Sequence record: AP019418.1
Strand: one strand, 5' to 3'
DNA length: 64,000 bases
Under the pieces are notes generated by a model. It saw only the letters and a list, made by a program, of their open reading frames with translations, made no database searches and was not told where the DNA came from. This document shows, one piece after another, positions 45,098 through 53,220 of the stretch (the stretch's first letter is position 1; each line of letters starts with the position of its first letter). The position numbers and the translations under genes were made by a program.

Positions 45098-45174
45098 GGG
45101 CCTATAGCTCAGTTGGTTAGAGCAGGCGACTCATAATCGCTTGGTCGCAGGTTCAAGTCCTGCTGGGCCCACCA
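45098..45174 (+). tRNA. tRNA-Ile2(CAT), lysidine type, reads AUA
   Basis: GGCGA-CTCATAA-TCGCT arm and C4-G69/C5-G68 pairs as in enterobacterial tRNA-Ile2; G1-C72 paired, so not initiator. Confidence 0.85.
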
Positions 45175-45181
45175 TATACTA

Positions 45182-45200
45182 GCCTCCCACTTGGGGGAGG
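45182..45200 (+). terminator. terminator
   Basis: CCTCCC-ACTTGG-GGGAGG then TTTT. Confidence 0.75.
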
Positions 45201-45226
45201 TTTTATACTGTCTCATTGAGGAAAAC

Positions 45227-45448
45227 ATGAATACAGTAATAATGTTGGTATTATCTATCAAAGTTGGATTATTTGGTTTCATTTCGACTAATGAAAGTAA
45301 TATCCTATTTGAAAATAGGGAACAGTGTATTTCTCATCTGGATATTCTGGAACATAAATACAAGTCTCTTGAAGTTATTCGAAATGAGAATACTCTAAAG
45401 ATAACCGAAAGAGATAACCATTCTATTTATATTTTTAAATGTCTCTAG
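45227..45448 (+). CDS. small protein with N-terminal signal/TM
   Basis: GAGGA RBS; MNTVIMLVLSIKVGLFGFIS. Confidence 0.65.
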   Translation: MNTVIMLVLSIKVGLFGFISTNESNILFENREQCISHLDILEHKYKSLEVIRNENTLKITERDNHSIYIFKCL

Positions 45449-45456
45449 GAAAATAC

Positions 45457-45744
45457 ATGGAACATCAAGAACAAAAAGAACTATTGAGACAACCATTACA
45501 AACACTTTATAATCTTACTTTTAGTCCCCGTTTACGTAATGGAGCGAAGGCTCCCGATTGGATTCACCTGACCGATGAAGTAACCCTATTCCCAAACGGA
45601 TTAGATATTACAATCAACGCTGTTACACGTTGCATCAAATGGGAACTTATCGGCGAGGATGTAAGTAACATTACTTATGTTGAAGCTATGTTCTTTAATA
45701 AAGGTCTTAAAGCAGTTAAAGCCTATCTCAAACATACGGAGTAA
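45457..45744 (+). CDS. hypothetical protein
   Basis: AGGA RBS before MEHQEQK. Confidence 0.65.
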   Translation: MEHQEQKELLRQPLQTLYNLTFSPRLRNGAKAPDWIHLTDEVTLFPNGLDITINAVTRCIKWELIGEDVSNITYVEAMFFNKGLKAVKAYLKHTE

Positions 45745-45746
45745 AT

Positions 45747-46094
45747 ATGGATCATCTAACCCCAACGCAGAGCGCTGTATATTTCACATTTATTAGCCCT
45801 GAGTTTATAAAGCTAACTCTTGTTGAATCTTTTGTAGCGATCCACAAGAAACATCCAGAAGTAAAGCATTGCGTTAAGAAAAAGATTAGTGCTAATGAAA
45901 CGCAGTTTATCTTTATCTTCAAAGATGGGACTGATAATTTAATCATTACACGTAAAACTGAACCTTGCCCTGAACTGGATAGCCCAGTAGGCGATAGTAT
46001 TAAGTTGTCCGGCGAAGAACTTAAAAATATTCTTGCTAAGTACGATCGTCCCAAGGATGGTAACTATTTCAAGCACTGGACTGATCGCCCGTAA
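45747..46094 (+). CDS. hypothetical protein
   Basis: 115 aa, GGAG RBS. Confidence 0.7.
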   Translation: MDHLTPTQSAVYFTFISPEFIKLTLVESFVAIHKKHPEVKHCVKKKISANETQFIFIFKDGTDNLIITRKTEPCPELDSPVGDSIKLSGEELKNILAKYDRPKDGNYFKHWTDRP

Positions 46095-46146
46095 TAAAAT
46101 ATTACTGGTTATGTAATACTATGTAGGAAGTCATGTCCATACGTTT

Positions 46147-46223
46147 GCGCTCATAGTTCAGTTGGTTAGAATACCCGCCTGTCACGCGGGTGGTCAGGGG
46201 TTCGAGTCCCCTTGGGCGCGCCA
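46147..46223 (+). tRNA. tRNA-Asp(GTC)
   Basis: GCGCTCA/TGGGCGC acceptor, CCCGC-CTGTCAC-GCGGG, G73, CCA. Confidence 0.97.
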
Positions 46224-46229
46224 TTTAAT

Positions 46230-46305
<76 letters not shown>

Positions 46306-46312
46306 TATTCTA

Positions 46313-46334
46313 AAGAGTAGCTTCGGCTACTCTT
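46313..46334 (+). terminator. terminator after tRNA pair
   Basis: AAGAGTAGC-TTCG-GCTACTCTT then TT. Confidence 0.85.
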
Positions 46335-46389
46335 TTATGTTGCCATGGGTTATCTTATGAATTAAAATGATTTACTTGAGAGCACACTC

Positions 46390-47397
46390 ATGTTTGAATT
46401 ACTATTATCGCCAGATATAGGCGAAGAGTTACCCTTGGTTGGATTTAATGAAATTATTAAATTAGGTGATCTACCTGTAGCGTTAGCTGGTACAATGTCA
46501 TATGTGGATGGAAATACACTGTATGTTGGATCTGGTCATCATACTGAAGGACAAACAGCTGCAACTGTGTTCAGACGTTTTACCATATCGCCATTTGCCG
46601 ATATAGGTGCAACTGCTTCTGGAACATTCTTACCAGGGGTATCTTTAGGATTTGGGACATTACATAAGAATAACTTTATTGTTTATGGCGGTATTACTGG
46701 ATGGAACTCGGCTGGTAATGGTGGTACGGGAACATCTAACTTTATACAACATTTTGATATAGCTACAGGCAATAGGGTTGAGCGATATAGTGGTCCCGTA
46801 CCACTTTGGGGCACAGCCTCCGCATCAGATGGTAATGATCTTATTATGTGTGTTAACCCAGTTGGGGTAAATGCAATGCGGTTAAAACCATCGGGTAAGA
46901 CATGGCTTAGTGGGCAAGATTATTCAGGTGGTGCTCGTTCAGGTCAACAGTTATTCTTTTATAATGGTTACTTTTACCATTTTGGTGGTTGGGATAATAC
47001 AAAGAACATACCTAATCTTGAAGTTTATCGATATAATGCAACTACCTTAATATGGGAGCAAACACCTTGGATGATTATACCTGCTGATAAAGGAACAATC
47101 TGGCAAGGTAATGGTTATGTAGATGGGGACTATTTTAATTACCTTAACGCTGTTGATGTCGGCGGTGTAACTAAAATGTTTGCACAACGTTTTAATATTA
47201 GGCGCCGGAAATGGGCTGAACCATTTGAACTAGGTATCGGATTCCTTAATATTTCATCTATAGCTAAAGGTCCGGATAATAGCATGATCATTGTAGGTGG
47301 ATCTAAAATGCCAGTTGGTGGTGGAGCATATATGTTGAAAAGCCAATTGTTATCAGGTATCTATCAGGTAAAACTAGCGCCATTAATCATTGATTAA
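46390..47397 (+). CDS. Kelch-repeat beta-propeller protein, probably virion-associated
   Basis: Repeated GG motifs (IVYGG, YHFGG, IIVGG) followed by Y/F-D/N...W; short MFELLLSP N-terminal module. Confidence 0.75.
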   Translation: MFELLLSPDIGEELPLVGFNEIIKLGDLPVALAGTMSYVDGNTLYVGSGHHTEGQTAATVFRRFTISPFADIGATASGTFLPGVSLGFGTLHKNNFIVYGGITGWNSAGNGGTGTSNFIQHFDIATGNRVERYSGPVPLWGTASASDGNDLIMCVNPVGVNAMRLKPSGKTWLSGQDYSGGARSGQQLFFYNGYFYHFGGWDNTKNIPNLEVYRYNATTLIWEQTPWMIIPADKGTIWQGNGYVDGDYFNYLNAVDVGGVTKMFAQRFNIRRRKWAEPFELGIGFLNISSIAKGPDNSMIIVGGSKMPVGGGAYMLKSQLLSGIYQVKLAPLIID

Positions 47398-47681
47398 AAT
47401 AATAATATTTATAACTATTTAGATAATTATACTGGCACGATGATATTATGTAAGAGTACTATAATAAAGTATTCTTAAATCTATCCACTAAACACACTCG
47501 GTGGTAGAACTTATTATAGAGTGTGTCTAAATGCCAGGGGTTTGCCACCCCTGGTTATATTCATTGTTACTATTATAAATTCATTTATAGATGAGAAAAG
47601 GTTTTATCACCTTTTCAAAATCGGCATTTAATTCCAGTTAAAAAACTGAATCTATGCTACATTGTAATAAAGGAGTCTATT

Positions 47682-48194
47682 ATGACTAACTCTAATCAGT
47701 TTGTAAGAACTATTGTAAAGTACCAAGATATCCTAGATGCTTTAATTCAAAAAACGAATGAGAACTGGGTTAATTATCGATCTAATTCTATTGGTCATAT
47801 TGTTATTCGTGAATACAGGACTGTTGGATTATTTGTAGGTCGGCAATGTGGTAGTACAACTGCATTGATTGAGTTTGCTAATCGTCATCCTGGCGAATGT
47901 CTAGCTGTATTTGTAGAAGATAAAATTAAACAGGCTGTACTGGCTAAGTTCCAGAATGCTAAAGATAATATTGTTTCTTGTTTAATTACACACCAACTCC
48001 GTAAATATATTCATCAACCTGAGGAATCATCTATTCAAAAAGATATTAAAGAAGAATTAATATCGTCTGTAAAATATATTCTTGTTGACAATGCCTCATT
48101 TAATCTGAACCTACGCGGTATCACTGATAAAGAATTTAACCAGTGGGTTGCAGATACTTTTGGTACAGAGGTAATGGTGGTTCGTTTTAGTTAG
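47682..48194 (+). CDS. degenerate P-loop NTPase-like protein
   Basis: VGRQCGSTT (terminase-like RQxGK[ST] with K to S) and YILVDNA (Walker B-like). Confidence 0.6.
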   Translation: MTNSNQFVRTIVKYQDILDALIQKTNENWVNYRSNSIGHIVIREYRTVGLFVGRQCGSTTALIEFANRHPGECLAVFVEDKIKQAVLAKFQNAKDNIVSCLITHQLRKYIHQPEESSIQKDIKEELISSVKYILVDNASFNLNLRGITDKEFNQWVADTFGTEVMVVRFS

Positions 48195-48354
48195 AATTAG
48201 TAACTTTGATAGTTTCTAATAAGATTAACTACACGTTATTTACATAATGTCATAACAAGAAATAAATAATACTCAGATTGTAATAATATGTAGTTATTAC
48301 ATATCTATATTAGGTTGTCAGTAACTCATCTCTAATATAAAATCGCCATTTAAT

Positions 48355-48430
<76 letters not shown>

Positions 48431-48477
48431 ATTCATAGTTTTAGATTTAGTTATATTTCACTACTATGTAAACTATA

Positions 48478-48499
48478 AAGGCAGCTAATGCTGCCTTTA
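48478..48499 (+). terminator. terminator
   Basis: AAGGCAGC-TAAT-GCTGCCTT then T. Confidence 0.75.
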
Positions 48500-48561
48500 T
48501 GTCGTCTTGTAAAAGTACCCAATAGTTGAATCTTATAGCTGAATACAAATAGGGTAAAGAC

Positions 48562-48747
48562 ATGTCACTTAAAGCATTGCAAGATATAGTTAGTAGTGTT
48601 CCTACAAATGAACAAAAGGAACGATTAGTTAAAGTTCGGAAAACGATGGAAGAGCTAAATGAGTCTATTAAGAATCAGATTCGTAATAAACGACCTAGTC
48701 AAGCTCTTCTCGACAAAACGATAAACTGGGGTACCAAGTATGGCTAA
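48562..48747 (+). CDS. small coiled-coil protein
   Basis: 61 aa, overlaps next gene. Confidence 0.6.
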   Translation: MSLKALQDIVSSVPTNEQKERLVKVRKTMEELNESIKNQIRNKRPSQALLDKTINWGTKYG

Positions 48748-49030
48748 GACATTAGTTCGTGCAAAGCTGATTACTGAGGCTGGTCAATGGATGTCGTCTG
48801 ACTGGGAATGTGGTTTCCGTGCATGTCGATTCGTGAAACTTGGTAATGATCATGTAAACATAAAAGACTTTGAGGCTATGATCACGGCATTCGAAGTTGG
48901 TGACATGTTAGTGATTTGGCCAAATGGGCTTAGAACTTCGTATAGTGTGGATAATTTCAATAAGTACTTTTCCCATATCAAAGATGAATACCATGAGACT
49001 GATCTCCGTCCACTCTTTTACCCCAAGTAG
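48740..49030 (+). CDS. small phage protein, same EA.QW...GD..I...FNK family as 37209..37598
   Basis: TEAGQW, EVGDMLVIWPNG, DNFNKYF. Confidence 0.65.
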   Translation: MAKTLVRAKLITEAGQWMSSDWECGFRACRFVKLGNDHVNIKDFEAMITAFEVGDMLVIWPNGLRTSYSVDNFNKYFSHIKDEYHETDLRPLFYPK

Positions 49031-49246
49031 TTGAGCTTATGATAACTATATTCGTGTATAAATACATTACATTCGTTATACCCTTTAATTGATTGAAATC
49101 AAGCTACATAAAAGTGATTGAATGGTCCATGTAGGTGATAATTTTAATAAAGGTAAAGGATTTATCAGAGAATATCTCAGTGCATTTAGGTATTTTATCA
49201 CTCGCCTATCTAAATCACATAAAGCCCTTTACCGAGGAATGTGAGA

Positions 49247-49342
49247 ATGTTGGTTGCGATTGATAATACTGGGACAGAATATGATGTCGACCCAACTGAT
49301 GAAGTAGACGTAATGTTTGTATTTAGACCCACACTAAAATAA
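49247..49342 (+). CDS. 31-aa small ORF
   Basis: GAGGA 8 nt before ATG; MLVAIDNTGTEYDVDPTDEVDVMFVFRPTLK. Confidence 0.4.
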   Translation: MLVAIDNTGTEYDVDPTDEVDVMFVFRPTLK

Positions 49343-49501
49343 CTTTATATGACTTAATACCCCTCTATATAGAGTGGTCTATTTATAAGTAAAATTATAC
49401 ATAGAGTTAATATTATTTGTAGATTAGTTCTACACATAACTCAACTTGAAACCGGGTGTTAATAAAATTTAACACTACGGAAAACATAAAGGTGTATAAA
49501 A

Positions 49502-50131
49502 ATGGCTTTTCATTTTACTGAAGTAGATTTAAATGATTTTATCAATGAATCAGGTAAAGACTTAAAAATAAATGTTGGTAAACAAACACTAGCAGTTTAT
49601 GATATCGATAGGCTAAATATTGTTAATTCAACTATTAATAAACTAGTTTATAATGAACCTATAAGTGAAGAACACATAGATGCATCACTTACAGATAATT
49701 CATTAAAAGAGCTTAATGATTATTTACTAAATGTTGGTGTTACTGAAAGCGCTAAAATGATGATTGATGCTGTGTTAGAATTAAGCGATTATCATAAAAG
49801 TGATGAATACTTTAACCCAATGATGTATAAATTAAAAAGTATGCACACTAAAAATACAGATGGTGTTTATTTGATATTTTTACCAACGCCTACTATCGAT
49901 GATCAAATTAACACCATGCAAGGGTATATTATCAATAAATCCGGTAATCTCATTAGGACTACTGTACAGTCATGGCGATTTGAGAAAATTGAATTCAAAG
50001 ACTTAGCCAAACATGATAGACGTTGGTTATTTATTGAATATTACATTAATGTTAAACAAACGAAAAATAATATAATCAAAGAGCAACAAGATGAATTAAC
50101 TAAATTTATTTATTATAGTACTCTAAGTTAA
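49502..50131 (+). CDS. hypothetical protein
   Basis: 209 aa, AAGGT RBS. Confidence 0.7.
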   Translation: MAFHFTEVDLNDFINESGKDLKINVGKQTLAVYDIDRLNIVNSTINKLVYNEPISEEHIDASLTDNSLKELNDYLLNVGVTESAKMMIDAVLELSDYHKSDEYFNPMMYKLKSMHTKNTDGVYLIFLPTPTIDDQINTMQGYIINKSGNLIRTTVQSWRFEKIEFKDLAKHDRRWLFIEYYINVKQTKNNIIKEQQDELTKFIYYSTLS

Positions 50132-50155
50132 AACAAATAAAAAAATAAATATAAG

Positions 50156-50178
50156 AGCTAGCCCCTAATGGGCTAGCT
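50156..50178. terminator. bidirectional terminator
   Basis: AGCTAGCCC-CTAAT-GGGCTAGCT between convergent genes. Confidence 0.8.
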
Positions 50179-50188
50179 TTATGTTATC

Positions 50189-50326
50189 TTACTCTGCTAC
50201 ATCTTTTACATCAGGTTTATTATTCCAACGTACTGCTCTCGCAATACCATACGTAAGAATAAGAGCACCTACGGTGCCAATAGTGGTGCTAATAATAATG
50301 CCAAGAGTTTTTGGATCAATATTCAT
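50189..50326 (-). CDS. 45-aa single-TM protein, not in ORF track
   Basis: MNIDPKTLGIIISTTIGTVGALILTYGIARAVRW...; AGGA RBS; own promoter and terminator. Confidence 0.75.
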   Translation of the reverse strand: MNIDPKTLGIIISTTIGTVGALILTYGIARAVRWNNKPDVKDVAE

Positions 50327-50382
50327 ATTTAGTATCCTATTTACAATTAATAGAAAATATTACTTTTAGTAATATCAAGTTA

Positions 50383-50399
50383 ATGATATACTGTTTAAA
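50383..50399 (-). promoter_or_regulatory. phiKZ-type early promoter (variant)
   Basis: TTTAAACAGTATATCAT; flanks match the 33.2 kb promoter. Confidence 0.65.
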
Positions 50400-50473
50400 T
50401 ATGTTTGAATATAACTTTATTTATTATAATAAATAAAATAATACTTTCATATACACTATATGTAGAAGATTCC

Positions 50474-50550
50474 GCCGCTATAGCTCAGCTAGGTAGAGCA
50501 ACGCACTTGTAATGCGTAGGTCCTCCGTTCGATTCGGAGTGGCGGCACCA
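50474..50550 (+). tRNA. tRNA-Thr(TGT)
   Basis: GCCGCTA/TGGCGGC acceptor, CGCA-CTTGTAA-TGCG, CCA. Confidence 0.97.
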
Positions 50551-50628
50551 AATTTACTGAGGTTTAAACTATTCTTAAATATATTAGTTAGGATGGGATT
50601 GAACGCGAAAGACTCAGTAAATCATATT

Positions 50629-50649
50629 GCCCCTCCATATGGAGGGGCT
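50629..50649 (+). terminator. terminator
   Basis: GCCCCTCC-ATAT-GGAGGGGC then TT. Confidence 0.8.
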
Positions 50650-50679
50650 TATGTTTGTCATTAATCAGGAAAATATAAA

Positions 50680-50856
50680 ATGAGTCATCTATTATTTATC
50701 ATCCAAGAATACATTACTAATAAATTTGAGGTAACACGAATTGATATGAAGCCAGGTAATAGAATGTTACGTGTATGTTTATACGGTCAACATGAGGGAA
50801 AAGGTTTCGTCCGTATAGATTTATGGTCAGTTGGTTATCGCATTACAAAGAAATAA
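50680..50856 (+). CDS. 58-aa small protein, not in ORF track
   Basis: AGGA RBS; MSHLLFIIQEYITNKFEVTRIDMKPGNRMLRV... Confidence 0.6.
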   Translation: MSHLLFIIQEYITNKFEVTRIDMKPGNRMLRVCLYGQHEGKGFVRIDLWSVGYRITKK

Positions 50857-50898
50857 TACTCCAGATTATTTAATATGTATTAATCAAAGGAGTTTATA

Positions 50899-51309
50899 AT
50901 GAGTAATGAAACTAACTATCTAGGTTATGAATGGAAAACAGATATAACTACTTCAAATCTTAATAGAGTGGTTGATTTATATACACTTGAATTAACATGG
51001 TTAAAAGAAGATTTTAATGATACTCTTTTTATAAAGTCTTATAAAGTGCTAGAGGGTCTATTAGAGGAACCGTCTAGGGCAATCCATGATGATACAGTAA
51101 CCGTTCAAGATCAATTAGATGAATTAAATACTGTTTTTAAATTAGTATTTGGAAAAGATAATGACGTAGAGTTATCAATTAATAATGATTCAATTATTGT
51201 GATCGGTGCTACAGATACAACTAAAGAAAAATTAGAAGCAGAGGTGCGTGAGTTTGCATATAGAAAATCATTAATTGATGAACGTTATCCAGACATTGTA
51301 ACGGATTAA
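50899..51309 (+). CDS. hypothetical protein
   Basis: 136 aa, AAGGAG RBS. Confidence 0.75.
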   Translation: MSNETNYLGYEWKTDITTSNLNRVVDLYTLELTWLKEDFNDTLFIKSYKVLEGLLEEPSRAIHDDTVTVQDQLDELNTVFKLVFGKDNDVELSINNDSIIVIGATDTTKEKLEAEVREFAYRKSLIDERYPDIVTD

Positions 51310-51389
51310 AATACTTACAGCTATCTAGTATGTAACTAGGCGGATTGCCATTTGTAAATTATCTATTTAATCAAACTGAGGAAATACTA

Positions 51390-51779
51390 ATGAAACAATT
51401 CTTTCAACTACTTCTAAGCCTACTTTTCAAACTACCGGTTCTATCATATTTTGCTGAGAAGAAACGACTAGAGAAAGAGAAAAAGGAAGAAGAAAAGCGT
51501 CAGCAAGAACAACGTCAAAAAGAACTACTTGACGAACAGCGTCGCGAACAAGAAGATCATTATCGAAAGACGGCTTACGATCGCCTAGCAAAACTTATTC
51601 ATACTCGGTGGTATGATGAGTTTAATGCATATGAAAAGAAACTAGTTGATCTTGCCGTGTCTACTGGTAAAGCAGTTAGTGTTAAGTATGGTAAAGTTAC
51701 TAAGATGCAACACCCTCATCAATTTAAACTACTTAATGATTGGCTGGATGATATTCCAGTAGAAGATTTTTCTAAGTGA
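51390..51779 (+). CDS. protein with N-terminal hydrophobic anchor and charged coiled coil
   Basis: GAGGA RBS; MKQFFQLLLSLLFKLPVLSYF then E/K/Q/R-rich helix. Confidence 0.7.
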   Translation: MKQFFQLLLSLLFKLPVLSYFAEKKRLEKEKKEEEKRQQEQRQKELLDEQRREQEDHYRKTAYDRLAKLIHTRWYDEFNAYEKKLVDLAVSTGKAVSVKYGKVTKMQHPHQFKLLNDWLDDIPVEDFSK

Positions 51780-51805
51780 GTTTAAATAAAAAAATAAAGA
51801 CATAT

Positions 51806-51828
51806 CCCCTCTCCATACGGAGAGGGGT
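51806..51828. terminator. bidirectional terminator
   Basis: CCCCTCTCC-ATAC-GGAGAGGGG between convergent genes. Confidence 0.8.
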
Positions 51829-51839
51829 TTATGCCGTAA

Positions 51840-52520
51840 TTATACACTTACTTTGATAAGATTTTTAATATCAGTAAAATGGGTATATGTTGCCTTTTTA
51901 TCTTTGTGAACCAGTAAGCAACAGGTGCCTTCATTTACTGTATTGGTTTGTTTTAATGGGATATTTAAAGCATATTCAAACAGATCATCCATCCAGTTAA
52001 ATACCATGAACTTACTGATAAGGACATGATCGAAATCAATTAATCCAATAAACGAATCGATCTCAAATTGATAATACTCTACAACCATTTTAGACCATTC
52101 TTTGTTTATTGCCTCAATGACATTAGGATTATTTATTTTATTAAATAACTCAGTGCGTTCCTTAGTAGGTAAACTGAGGTAATAATTAATATTACTCCTA
52201 ACGATATCTGGATTAGTGATATCAATTTTTTCTGGTAAGTTATATTTACTATCTACATAATTCTTAGTTTCTGGCGTCATTCTCCAGCAACCATAATCAG
52301 CAGTAGTACTTGATAGATCTACTCTAGCCTCTACTACTTTAGAAAATACATTTACATATAAATTAACAGATTCACATATATCAGGTCTGATTGAATTAAA
52401 GTTTAAACTTTTAATAAGACCCCTAACTGGTCGAGTACCAATTAGACAATGCAATTCAAGCTTAACATTTTCCTCTTTAGCCATCTTAAATATATCAGCA
52501 AAACTGAGCTTTTCTACCAT
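51840..52520 (-). CDS. hypothetical protein
   Basis: 226 aa, AAGGT RBS. Confidence 0.7.
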   Translation of the reverse strand: MVEKLSFADIFKMAKEENVKLELHCLIGTRPVRGLIKSLNFNSIRPDICESVNLYVNVFSKVVEARVDLSSTTADYGCWRMTPETKNYVDSKYNLPEKIDITNPDIVRSNINYYLSLPTKERTELFNKINNPNVIEAINKEWSKMVVEYYQFEIDSFIGLIDFDHVLISKFMVFNWMDDLFEYALNIPLKQTNTVNEGTCCLLVHKDKKATYTHFTDIKNLIKVSV

Positions 52521-52670
52521 TTAGAATATACCTTTTATTAATTGGACAAATAGATTAGATACACATAGCAATAGAATAAACCATAAACCTAGTCTTTGTA
52601 ATTTATCTATACGCTTAGCTTTTTGTTTCCTCTTTAATCTAACTAATAATGTATTTTTAATATCATTCAT
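52521..52670 (-). CDS. 49-aa basic protein with C-terminal TM, not in ORF track
   Basis: MNDIKNTLLVRLKRKQKAKRIDKLQRLGLWFILLLCVSNLFVQLIKGIF; TAA abuts next ATG. Confidence 0.55.
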   Translation of the reverse strand: MNDIKNTLLVRLKRKQKAKRIDKLQRLGLWFILLLCVSNLFVQLIKGIF

Positions 52671-52689
52671 TAAATTATCTCAGATTTTT

Positions 52690-53220
52690 TTAGACGGTGT
52701 ATAAACCTTCAGTATTACATGTTGTTATGATGTTGTAAAGACGATGCCAATAGCGATCATACGTATTTTTACGTTTGTAGCTATTGGTGCGGATGACTAG
52801 ATTGGCGACCCAGTGATTCTGATCAATGGTCTCATGTAGATGCCCGAAATAAGCCCCCAGTTCAATTTCGAATGGGATCTTACACTCACGCCCCTTACAC
52901 ATTGCTTCACGTAATAAACGCATTGCAGAATTCTCTGCATTAGTGTCTTTAAATAAAAGACTAATGTATCCAGGGCTACCACCAGTTTCTTCATCAACAT
53001 GGCCTGAACAACAATAAATAGTTGCAATATTGGTGAATTGGTTAAACCATTTAATCAATGGTCTACATGCTTCATCAATAAGATCTTCATATTCAGGTTT
53101 ATACATTACTTTAACAGTATCATCTGCACGTTGTTTCACATGATGAAAATATTGCTCCCAATTTACATTAGTGTAATATAGCATATCCATATTAGAATTA
53201 CTCATACAAATCAACCCCAT
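52690..53220 (-). CDS. TYW3/Taw3-like fold protein
   Basis: IDEACRPLIKWFN...TIYCCSGH...GYI resembles the TYW3 N-terminal IDxxIxxL...N...TTSSCSGR motif. Confidence 0.5.
   Translation of the reverse strand: MGLICMSNSNMDMLYYTNVNWEQYFHHVKQRADDTVKVMYKPEYEDLIDEACRPLIKWFNQFTNIATIYCCSGHVDEETGGSPGYISLLFKDTNAENSAMRLLREAMCKGRECKIPFEIELGAYFGHLHETIDQNHWVANLVIRTNSYKRKNTYDRYWHRLYNIITTCNTEGLYTV

Noticed and set aside
45098-45174. tRNA-Met call for the CAU tRNA
   Set aside because: Body and acceptor pairs match the Ile2 type, and G1-C72 is paired
47490-47556. tRNA-like relic (GTGGTAGAAC plus 7-nt-loop stem)
   Set aside because: No acceptor stem, anticodon arm or CCA; treated as an ncRNA or terminator candidate instead
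50181-50369. Plus-strand 62-aa track ORF
   Set aside because: Antisense to a better-supported 45-aa TM gene that has its own promoter, RBS and terminator
53173-53180. TATATTAC on the minus strand
   Set aside because: Inside coding sequence (CTA TAT TAC) and lacks the TTTAA element at the correct spacing
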